Assembly: GCA_963783575.1 (NCBI GenBank)
Contig: CAWAOD010000014.1
Location: 1-64,000 of the forward strand
Reading direction: 5' to 3'
Length of the DNA: 64,000 bases
Source: an uncultured Spirochaetota bacterium
Lineage (GTDB): Bacteria; Spirochaetota; Brevinematia; Brevinematales; JAOACQ01
Part shown: positions 55,390-64,000 of the stretch, in pieces
How positions within the stretch are numbered: position 1 is the stretch's first letter
Layout of the letters: each line of letters begins with the position of its first letter
Position numbers and translations under genes: made by a program
The notes under the pieces: model-generated
The model's database searches: none
What the model was told of the DNA's origin: nothing
Seen by the model: the letters and a program-made list of their open reading frames with translations, nothing else

Positions 55390-55812
55390 TACGCTTTAAA
55401 AAACGGCGGGAGAATTTCTTCCCCCGCTGCCTAATAGAAAAATAATCTTAAGCTGCAAAGCACCTATCCTTAGACCGGTTCAATGAGGCTTTAAAGGATA
55501 CATTTCAATTAAAATAAGATGGAATTACCTCATCCATAAGGTTTGCCTGAGAATGTTATTCAATCCATCCAGGGGCAATAAGCCTTTATTCACCAGCCGC
55601 ATTCCTAAGCTCTGGGGCGAAAACTGGCTTTTTAGGTATACGGCGCGTATGAGATTTTTATGAGGAGTCTTCTATTTTGAAGTCAGTAGCACTGAATTTG
55701 GTATTGGTGTAAACGTATCATCATTGACACTGCCGCCCGGGCATTGTTCTTATAATAAGTACAGCTTAACCTAAGAGTCAGGAACGGCGGTGATTAGCGC
55801 AAGCCAAAAATG

Positions 55813-55851
55813 AAAAAGCGGCCCAATAATTCTATGATTTTTTGGGCCGCT
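55813..55851 (-). terminator. Rho-independent terminator
   Basis: AGCGGCCCAA / TTGGGCCGCT stem with T tract on the minus strand. Confidence 0.75.
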
Positions 55852-55885
55852 CCGAGATGATTCATTTCCGTATTACGGTCTTTTA

Positions 55886-56977
55886 TTAAATCTGCTGCGC
55901 ACCGCCGGTATGTAATATTTCGAAAGCGGGGGTTATATTATAAATATTTTGAGGTACCCCCGTAATTACTTGTGTCCAATAATTATTTTCCGCATAGATA
56001 TCAACACCGACCTCCGAAGAAGTGAGAACCATTTCATAACCGACATTTGAGACAAATTTATTGCCTCCCGGGGAATAACCAGACCTTCCAAAGTCCGGCA
56101 TACAATCAGATTTAGTAGTATATACAAGTTGAATCACGGTACCTATGCAATTGTTTTTCATCGTGTTATAACTGAAGGTAGTGTTTCCTAATATCCCATT
56201 GTTGCCGAATCTCGGACTGGTCCATATGCCGTAATAGAATCCCTCAATATTATTATTTACGACGGATCCGCTGTTTCCCGAACCGATGACAATTCCATAG
56301 TCAAGCAGGTTAGCGCCTATCGGGTTATTAATAAATTCAATATTGTACAATCTATTGTAAGTGATTTGAACATTCTCATCAAGGCTTGCAACAGCACATG
56401 TCGGGATTAATGCGCCATTCGCGAAATACCTTGCTCTAACGGGAATCTGGAATCCGGAAATCTCGGCGTCAGTATGCAGAAGAACGCATGTCTGAAAATT
56501 ACTGATGTTGGCTATTTCACCGCTGGGCTGGCCTTCAGTATCTTTAATAATGGTAACCGCACCCTTATCATAACCGCCATGGGTACTTATAGTACCGATG
56601 AGATGAACATTAGCGGGTACTTCAATCGGCGCGTAGGTCTCACCCGACGTTGCCTTTGAGTAGGTACCCGATAAAACATGGAGGATGGCGCCCGGACCAT
56701 TATAATCGTAGGGTTTATCACCGTTCAATACCTTTTTAATGGCGGCAGAAATCGATTTGAATGGCTGGGTACTGGTTCCCGGGTTTGAGTCGTTTCCGTT
56801 AATCTGGCTGACATAATAAATCGGCTGCGTTTTGCGCTTAATTTGCATTGCAGCACCTGTGCTGCTCTGCACATCACTTAAATTCCCCTTATTTTTGTCA
56901 TCTAAACTCAGATTTGAGCAGCCAAAAACTGAGAAGAGAGCAAAAATAACCAAAACCCCTAGAAATTTCGTATTCAT
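55886..56977 (-). CDS. Lipoprotein with DUF1565 / right-handed beta-helix domain
   Basis: Lipobox VFGC; YYVSQINGNDSNPGTSTQPFKSISAAI, VLSGTY, GET; AENNYW. Confidence 0.8.
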   Translation of the reverse strand: MNTKFLGVLVIFALFSVFGCSNLSLDDKNKGNLSDVQSSTGAAMQIKRKTQPIYYVSQINGNDSNPGTSTQPFKSISAAIKKVLNGDKPYDYNGPGAILHVLSGTYSKATSGETYAPIEVPANVHLIGTISTHGGYDKGAVTIIKDTEGQPSGEIANISNFQTCVLLHTDAEISGFQIPVRARYFANGALIPTCAVASLDENVQITYNRLYNIEFINNPIGANLLDYGIVIGSGNSGSVVNNNIEGFYYGIWTSPRFGNNGILGNTTFSYNTMKNNCIGTVIQLVYTTKSDCMPDFGRSGYSPGGNKFVSNVGYEMVLTSSEVGVDIYAENNYWTQVITGVPQNIYNITPAFEILHTGGAQQI

Positions 56978-57148
56978 GCGAATACCTCCTAAATTTAAGA
57001 TTCATTTTCATACATTTCACATAATATTATACTGGAGGGGGTTACTTTTTCTAAAAATAAAAATATTTTCATTTAATTCCGTAGAGAAAGTAATTGTCTA
57101 CTCTGGAGAGACTAAAACATCAGCATACAGTATAAAATCTAATATAAT

Positions 57149-57284
57149 AGTATAAAAGATTTTTGCAGAATAGGTATCCTGCGGAAAGTATGAAAGTGGG
57201 GTTTGAAAAGTATGATTTTGACATAATCTTTTCTGATAAAGAAATACAATTAATAAAACAGACTGTTTATATAAAAAAGTAGTA
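57149..57284 (-). promoter_or_regulatory. Duplicated promoter element, copy 2 (-10 TATACT)
   Basis: GGAAAGTATGAAAGTGGGGTTTGAAAAGTATGATTTTGA shared with 55288-55326. Confidence 0.7.
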
Positions 57285-57313
57285 GAAGAAATTAATAACC
57301 ACGGCAGGAAAAA

Positions 57314-59794
57314 CTATTTCCCGGTGAAGTCGGCCATAATTTTAAATAGCAGGATTTCATAACCGCATTTTTCCACGATTTCAGTTTTAACAAGTTCGAT
57401 GAGTTCTTTCTTTGATGAAATTCCCATTTTATTATAGATATTCTGCTGATGGGTTTTAACTGTAGTTTCGGAGATAAAAAGCAGTTCTCCTGTTTCCTTA
57501 ATAGAATACCCCTGGAGCATTTTAGCCGTAACTTCGCTTTCCCTATCCGACAAGCCATATCTTTCATAGAAATTGTTTCCGGGTTGTAAAGTTTTTCCCA
57601 GCAGGGGATTCAAATCCATAAAAGCAAGGCGGATGGCATTACTTTCCCCATTTTCGGCGGCTGAAGTCAGTTTTAAAAGCGCCGTAAATTCGCTTCCGTC
57701 TTTTCGTTTCAACCGGTACAGGGCTATTTCTTCAGTTTCTGACGCTGTTTTTTTTGTAAGGTTATTTTCAAATCTTTTGTTCTCTTTTTGACTTAAAAAA
57801 TTATAAATCGACGGATTCTTATTGATTTCATTTTCATATAGATGGAACAATTCAAGCCCGGTTCGGTTCATGTAGACAATTCTGCCATCTGGTTTAATTT
57901 CAGCAATACCGGACGCCGAAAATTCTGCAATATCCCGGAATCTCGCCTCGCTTAAACGCAGCTCTTCGACTTTCAGAATCAAGTGATCCCGGAGCCGCTT
58001 CATCGCTATCTGCGACTTTACCCTTGATTTCAATTCATTTCCCGAAAAAGGTTTGATGATGTAATCTACAGCCCCGGCATCCAGACCTTTAAGCTTATCC
58101 GTTTCAGATGATTTTGCGGTAAGGAAAATTATGGGTATGCTTTTTGAAGTCCCCCGGATAGTGCGAAGCATTTCCAAACCATCCATCTCAGGCATCATAA
58201 TATCGGCAAGCACCAGATCCGGTTTTTTATCATAAAAGACCTGCAAGCCCTCCCTGCCGTTTTTAGCTTCAAGAATCCGGAATTCATTACCAAAATTTTC
58301 CCGGATATAAAGACGCATATCCGCATTATCATCAACAATTAAAACCGTATCCCCGGAAACGGATTCTTTCAGAGAATCGGCTTCATCAGTTTTTTTAAAA
58401 CCAGGCGCATCCGTAAAATCCGATAGAATGTAATAGCTGGATTCACTATTTTCATTTAAGCCCGGCAATTCAATTTCTTCCGGTGGAATTTTATCATCAA
58501 CAGGAAGAATAATTGAAAAGCTTGAACCCATACCAGGTTTACTTTTCAGCAAAACCGATCCTCCCTGAATTTCAACCATTTCTCTGGTTAAAGCCAGACC
58601 GATTCCGGTACCTTCATACTTCCGGTTTGCCGAAGAATCTACCTGATAAAACCTATGAAATATAAGTTTTTGTTGATCGTTCGGAATACCTATCCCGGTA
58701 TCTTTTATAATAATACTGAAAGCTCCATTGACGGAAGACGGATAATCCAATTGCACTACGATTGAACCTCCCTCAGGAGTGAATTTCAAAGCATTGGAAA
58801 GAAGATTTAAAATCGATTTTTCCGTTAAATTTCTATCTATCGCCGTTTTAAGGCCTTCCGTTTCATCAAAAAAAGCGATAGTCAAACCTCTGTACTTTGC
58901 CGCCGATTCAACCGAAGATATGATCAGTCTTAAAAATTCCGGTAAATCTGTCATTTGCTTCCGGGCGACCATCTTACCGGATTCAATCCGGGTAAAATCA
59001 AGAAGCTGGTTGATAAGCTTCAGAAGACGATTTCCGTTTCTAAGCATAGTTTCAAAGACAGGGCTATCTGAAGGAATATTATTTCCATATGTTCCGTGAA
59101 TAATTGATTCAACAGGCCCCAGAATAAGTGTCAGCGGGGTTCGAAGCTCGTGAGACACATTTGAAAAAAACTCCGTTTTCAGACGGTCCAACTCTTTCAA
59201 TTTTACATTGGCGTTTTCTAGTTCCTCCGATTTTTCATTGATCTTTTTTAAAGCCAGTTCATAGCTGTTCATAATAATGTTGATTACAAGGAATAGAAGA
59301 AAACTCAATAACACAAAAGTCGATACCATGTCTATCAATTTATCCAGCGGTGATTGATATGGAATAATCCATTCAGGTTTGAAATTTTGTAAAAGGGCTA
59401 ATGCAACCATATTGGCAATATAGATAAAAAGAATGATCAATCGTTCCTTTTTATTAACAAGCATTTCAAAATAACAAAAGCCAATCATAAATAAAAGAGG
59501 GGGACTGCCATTATAACCTGCATTATTGAACCAATTTATATTAAATGTTAATAACAGTGACGCTAATCCTACCCATATCAGTCTCCGGTAATATTTATTT
59601 AATATCAGTAGAACTATAAATATCAGACTCATACCAAGTGTAGTCACAAACGTAAAAAGCGTTGCTTTAATGACTATATTGATTATATCGCCTATAATGC
59701 AATTGATCGCACCCATAAGGCATAAAAAATTATAAATCCTGTTTTGCAGGCTTTGATTTTCAGCATCCCAGAAGTATTTGATCAATTTTTTCAC
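57314..59794 (-). CDS. Membrane hybrid histidine kinase - receiver - PAS - LuxR HTH
   Basis: 5-6 TM; SHELRTPLT, NLLSNALKFT, DTGIGI, GTGIGL; VDDNAD, LADIMMPEMDG; PAS; LFISETTVKTH. Confidence 0.92.
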   Translation of the reverse strand: MKKLIKYFWDAENQSLQNRIYNFLCLMGAINCIIGDIINIVIKATLFTFVTTLGMSLIFIVLLILNKYYRRLIWVGLASLLLTFNINWFNNAGYNGSPPLLFMIGFCYFEMLVNKKERLIILFIYIANMVALALLQNFKPEWIIPYQSPLDKLIDMVSTFVLLSFLLFLVINIIMNSYELALKKINEKSEELENANVKLKELDRLKTEFFSNVSHELRTPLTLILGPVESIIHGTYGNNIPSDSPVFETMLRNGNRLLKLINQLLDFTRIESGKMVARKQMTDLPEFLRLIISSVESAAKYRGLTIAFFDETEGLKTAIDRNLTEKSILNLLSNALKFTPEGGSIVVQLDYPSSVNGAFSIIIKDTGIGIPNDQQKLIFHRFYQVDSSANRKYEGTGIGLALTREMVEIQGGSVLLKSKPGMGSSFSIILPVDDKIPPEEIELPGLNENSESSYYILSDFTDAPGFKKTDEADSLKESVSGDTVLIVDDNADMRLYIRENFGNEFRILEAKNGREGLQVFYDKKPDLVLADIMMPEMDGLEMLRTIRGTSKSIPIIFLTAKSSETDKLKGLDAGAVDYIIKPFSGNELKSRVKSQIAMKRLRDHLILKVEELRLSEARFRDIAEFSASGIAEIKPDGRIVYMNRTGLELFHLYENEINKNPSIYNFLSQKENKRFENNLTKKTASETEEIALYRLKRKDGSEFTALLKLTSAAENGESNAIRLAFMDLNPLLGKTLQPGNNFYERYGLSDRESEVTAKMLQGYSIKETGELLFISETTVKTHQQNIYNKMGISSKKELIELVKTEIVEKCGYEILLFKIMADFTGK

Positions 59795-60434
59795 AAATAA
59801 TTTACCTGTTTTTATTATAGTTTTTTTTCATTTGTTTTGGGATATATTTAATTAAATTCTGTTCATATCTATCATAATCCATATTTATTAATTCTTTTCA
59901 GCTTGAAATATCCAGTTTTTATCTGAAAGTTTAGTTGTGTGGCAAATTGGCAGGATTGAGCACTAAATATTTTAATTATCTGCGGAATTTTGGAAATGAA
60001 AAATCGCAAATTCCGATACCTTCATAATTTCAAAACTACCCATAAATTCATAATTTTAATCAGAAAATAAACAAAAATCAAATAATCAAATCATTTTACT
60101 CCCTATCTTTACCTGATGATAAATTAAATAAGAAGGGTTTTGTGAAAAGTAAAAAAACTGAAGGCAGAAATATGGTGGCATTCATCCACAATCACAAGAC
60201 CATATTCGGAAGAACAGCACTTACTAAATAAAGTCACACTATTTTTACCGATTGTCACACATTTTACTTAACATTTATTTTTATGCCTGTTTTTTCAAAA
60301 ATTTGTGCATTATTGGAGCACGGATTATAATTTTTCTATGAGTCCAGTTATAAATGCTATTTATAGTAAGTTATGAAGTTGAAAAAAAATGGGAATGGTT
60401 AGAAACAGGATCGATATTTCGGCTTGAGGTTATT

Positions 60435-62912
60435 ATGAGGAATAGTCAGGTATTTCACGAAAATTACAGAACTTTCGGTGTTTTAATAAATCAAATTGAA
60501 GGACGTTACCAATCTCTTCTATTAGAAGGATTCCGTCGTTTTGCCGAAGAAAATAATACAAATATCATTTTTTTCACAGGCAGAGCCTTAAAATCACCTT
60601 ACCCGCAAGAGAATGAGTACAATATAATTTATAAATTGGCAGAAAGCAGGCGATTAGATGGTATTATAATTGCGGCTGGAACTATAGGAAACTACATGTC
60701 AAATAAGGAAATACAAGAATTTTGCAGTAATTATTCCCCGCTGCCGGTAGTTTCCATATCTCGTAAAATACCTGGAATACCAAGCGTTTTTTCTGATAAT
60801 AAATCCGCTATGGAAACGTTAATAAATCATTTAATTGAAGCTCATGGATTCAAGAGAATTGCTTTTCTTAAAGGGAATAATACCAATCCGGAAGCGGAAG
60901 AAAGATATCAGGGATATCTGGAAGCCCTTTCTGCTCAGAATATTTCAATTATACCTGATCTGATTTATCAGGGTGATTTCAGTTACCAGGCCGGAGAAAA
61001 TTTTATACATAACCTTTTAAAGATGAAGCAAATTCCTTTTGAAGCTTTGGCTTGTGCTAATGACGAAATGGCTTTAGCGATATGCCAGAAATTCTCCTCA
61101 ATAGGAATAATGATTCCGCGTGATATTGTTGTAACAGGTTTTGATGATATATCGGAGGTACAGCAGATGATACCCCCGCTTACAACTATACATCAGCCAA
61201 TATTTGAAGAAGCCCGCAAAGCTTGTACTCTGCTAAACCAGATTATCAATGGAGAAAAAGTACCGGAGGAAACAATAATTCCGTCTAAACTCATTATTCG
61301 GGAATCTTGCGGTTGTTATCACCTCCCATTCCAATCCCTGCGTTTGAAAATCCAATTTTCTGAATTAAATGAGCAGATAGAAAAGAAATCTACTAGTAAG
61401 GAGCAGATTAATCTTGTAGAAAACCAGATTTCTGAAATCCGCGAAAATATTCAAATGGAAATTATTAAAGCAACTTCTCCTGACCCCATTGATAAAAAAG
61501 AAATTTTGTCAATATCCGGTATTTTGATAGATACTTTACTTTTGGATTTAAAAACACAAAAGAGTCCGGCCAGTTTTATTTACCTTCTAAATGAATTTAT
61601 ATCGCGCCAGAATTTATGGACTGAAGGGATTCAATCCTGGCAACTAATCCTATCTGTAATAAGGGCGCATTTTCTTGCCCTTATTACAGATCCCAGATTA
61701 AGATATTTTATTGAAGACGTCTTTCAGAATGCTCAAGCCATAGCTGCTCAGCAAACGATTCACAGGGAAATAATCCGTTCACAGGAACTAATGAATAATT
61801 TTTTAAATCTTAGAAACATAATTCGGGATATCCATATAGAGTTCGAGCTGGACATGCTTATTGAAAAGCTAAGACAATGCCTGCCGGTTTTTCGTATCCC
61901 GGGATTTTATATTGTCTTATATCCTGAAGCTGGTTCTCTATCAGATTTACCAGAAGAGTTGATATTGGCACTCGGATTAAGTGAAACGAATTTCAATAAT
62001 AATATCCCAGCAAATTTATGTTTTTCAACCTCTCAGATTCTTCCAGATGTTGTCGTAAAGTCCTCACATTTATACCGCATTGCTATCCTGCCTCTTTTTT
62101 GCCGGAGTATTCATTTTGGTTTCATTGCAATCGAATTTTCTCAAATTGAAGAAATAATTATGGATTTTATAAGCGAACAGATCAGTCTTGCTTTATACAC
62201 TATAAAACTCTTTCAGGATAGGAAGAAAGCAAATGAAAAACGTGAAGCTGCTATTGCCGAACTTCGTTCAAGTGAATCGCGCTTTCGAAATATGGCGCTT
62301 TTTCTGCCTACAATTATTATTGAAACTGATATTAATAACAAAATCCTCTTTATGAATCAATCTGGAAAAGACTTGCTATTTTCGGAGAAGGATACTAAAA
62401 CTGACTTTGCGACAGATTTAATATTTCAAGAGGATCGGGATAGAATTCTGAAGCTTCTTGATCAGATCCGGGATTCGAAAACTCTTACCAGGACCGAATT
62501 CAGAATGATTAACAAGAATAAATCGCCTGTCACTATGCTGGTACATCTGATTCCCATACAGGATGAAAAAGGAATATTGACAGGACTACGCTGGAATGTT
62601 ATTGATGCTAAACCACTGATGATTTCCGCAATTTATCCGGATGAATCATTCTATGACAAATATCGTATTACTAATAGGGCAAAAGAAGTCATGCTTCTTA
62701 TACTCCAGGGCTGTAAGATAAAAGAAATTGCTTCACGATTATTCATTACTGAAAGCACGGTCAAGGGTCATATGGGTTATATTTATAACCACCTGGGAGT
62801 CAAAAACAAGGCCGAAATGATTCATTTCTTAGAAAATTACCAGTTAGAACATCTTGGATACCAATCATTTGTTTTTTCACTTTTAAATGATTTTTCCGGC
62901 CGTTCGGAATAA
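60435..62912 (+). CDS. LacI-type sugar-binding domain - PAS - LuxR HTH one-component regulator
   Basis: DNKSAM, HGFKRIAFLKG, ACANDEMA, VTGFDDI, LTTIHQP, IIRESCGC; LFITESTVKGH. Confidence 0.9.
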   Translation: MRNSQVFHENYRTFGVLINQIEGRYQSLLLEGFRRFAEENNTNIIFFTGRALKSPYPQENEYNIIYKLAESRRLDGIIIAAGTIGNYMSNKEIQEFCSNYSPLPVVSISRKIPGIPSVFSDNKSAMETLINHLIEAHGFKRIAFLKGNNTNPEAEERYQGYLEALSAQNISIIPDLIYQGDFSYQAGENFIHNLLKMKQIPFEALACANDEMALAICQKFSSIGIMIPRDIVVTGFDDISEVQQMIPPLTTIHQPIFEEARKACTLLNQIINGEKVPEETIIPSKLIIRESCGCYHLPFQSLRLKIQFSELNEQIEKKSTSKEQINLVENQISEIRENIQMEIIKATSPDPIDKKEILSISGILIDTLLLDLKTQKSPASFIYLLNEFISRQNLWTEGIQSWQLILSVIRAHFLALITDPRLRYFIEDVFQNAQAIAAQQTIHREIIRSQELMNNFLNLRNIIRDIHIEFELDMLIEKLRQCLPVFRIPGFYIVLYPEAGSLSDLPEELILALGLSETNFNNNIPANLCFSTSQILPDVVVKSSHLYRIAILPLFCRSIHFGFIAIEFSQIEEIIMDFISEQISLALYTIKLFQDRKKANEKREAAIAELRSSESRFRNMALFLPTIIIETDINNKILFMNQSGKDLLFSEKDTKTDFATDLIFQEDRDRILKLLDQIRDSKTLTRTEFRMINKNKSPVTMLVHLIPIQDEKGILTGLRWNVIDAKPLMISAIYPDESFYDKYRITNRAKEVMLLILQGCKIKEIASRLFITESTVKGHMGYIYNHLGVKNKAEMIHFLENYQLEHLGYQSFVFSLLNDFSGRSE

Positions 62913-63176
62913 CACAAAACGATTATAAAATAACAGTACTTCAGGTTTGTTTTTATGTAGCATTTAAATCCTTTTATAAAAGCCAACGATTATTAATCTG
63001 ATTTTATGAAGTATTTTATTCCTTTCAATATTATCCATACCTAAGGTCGCCTGTAATTCCACACTACAGGTTCTTTAAATCTGTGATTACGAGCCTTAAA
63101 ATCTATGGATCAGAAAAATGAATAATAATTAAAATTCAAATAACCTAATTACATATTTTATCTTAAGAGTACCAAT

Positions 63177-64000
63177 ATGAAGCGTTTATTAAAGTTATTT
63201 TTAGTGGTTTTTTTGATGTTAATTGAATTTTTATGTTTTTGTTTTCCGGATTCTCCGCCGGTACAAATACAAGGACAAAAAAAGGAAATTTTCTGGGGTC
63301 TGTTTACTGAAGAGTTGCGGACTAATCTGAAATTACTGGATAAAATGGATTCTATGTATGGGAAAAAGCCTTTAATGATAATGTGGTATACAGATTGGCG
63401 CGCTGATTTTCCTGATCCTTACTGCACTATTCTGAATAGAAAGGGTTATATGCCCCACATAGTCTGGGAACCTTGGTATGCAGGCGATCAGAATTCTATA
63501 AACCTAAACGATATACTTGGAGGAAAATGGGATACATATATTAAAAAATGGGGTAAAGATGCCGGTGAATACGGTAAACCTGTAATGGTAAGATGGGGTC
63601 ATGAAATGAATGGCAACTGGTATCCCTGGAGTGGCTCAAAGAATGGAAATTCATCTGAAATATATATTAAAGCTTATCGATATGTTCACGATTTGGTCGT
63701 TGGAGCTGGAGGGACAAATATAATTTGGATATGGTCTCCTAATTGTGATAGTGTTCCTGGCGATTCTTTTAATCAGACAAAATTATATTATCCTGGCGAC
63801 AATTACGTTGATTGGGTTGGCATCGACGGATATAATTGGGGAACTTCACAATCCTGGTCAAGCTGGAAAAGCTTTGATGATATTTTTTCTAATTCTATTG
63901 ATGAAATTAATTCTTTTGCTCCAGGCAAACCTATTATGATTGGGGAAGTAGGGTGCAGTTCCTCAGGAGGGAAAAAAACGGTATGGATAAATGATTATTT
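63177..64000 (+). CDS. GH26 beta-mannanase-like protein, truncated by the window end (absent from the ORF track)
   Basis: Own translation: MKRLLKLFLVV..., IVWEPW, VRWGHEMNGNWYPW, YYPGDNYVDWVGIDGYN, KPIMIGEVG. Confidence 0.9.
   Translation, partial: MKRLLKLFLVVFLMLIEFLCFCFPDSPPVQIQGQKKEIFWGLFTEELRTNLKLLDKMDSMYGKKPLMIMWYTDWRADFPDPYCTILNRKGYMPHIVWEPWYAGDQNSINLNDILGGKWDTYIKKWGKDAGEYGKPVMVRWGHEMNGNWYPWSGSKNGNSSEIYIKAYRYVHDLVVGAGGTNIIWIWSPNCDSVPGDSFNQTKLYYPGDNYVDWVGIDGYNWGTSQSWSSWKSFDDIFSNSIDEINSFAPGKPIMIGEVGCSSSGGKKTVWINDY

Noticed and set aside
55441..55810. tmRNA or riboswitch (minus strand ...TTTGCAGCTTAA, FAA* ending; hairpins)
   Set aside because: No tRNA-like ends or resume-codon context, and no recognisable aptamer consensus
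60231..60262. GTCACAC direct repeat in the divergent promoter of the two LuxR sensors
   Set aside because: Only two 7-bp copies; too weak to call a binding site

Overview
AT-rich bacterial chromosomal region dominated by secreted or lipoprotein carbohydrate-active enzymes and one-component regulators. The lipoboxes and gene content suggest an anaerobic, probably spirochaete-like polysaccharide degrader (inference only). In order: (1) a giant Ser/Thr kinase-AAA-TPR-GAF-sigma54 activator followed by two GH43 lipoprotein genes, each behind a duplicated sigma54 promoter with upstream activator sites; (2) TetR plus MATE; (3) a locus of about 17 kb containing a membrane LuxR regulator, three GH5 genes (two apparently catalytically dead), a clan GH-A hydrolase, five tandem lipoprotein-type DUF362 paralogues and a DUF318-type permease, which is the most novel-looking system here; (4) a repeat-rich surface lipoprotein, MFS, cbpA/cbpM, a cyclic beta-1,2-glucan synthase, OYE with AraC, and an AAA ATPase plus DUF3226 putative defence pair; (5) BspA-LRR and beta-helix lipoproteins behind a second duplicated promoter, two divergent PAS-LuxR sensors and a truncated GH26 gene. 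Many long genes are split by single-base indels, most likely assembly errors. No rRNA, tRNA, CRISPR, transposase or reverse transcriptase was seen. All family calls come from motif recognition, not database searches.
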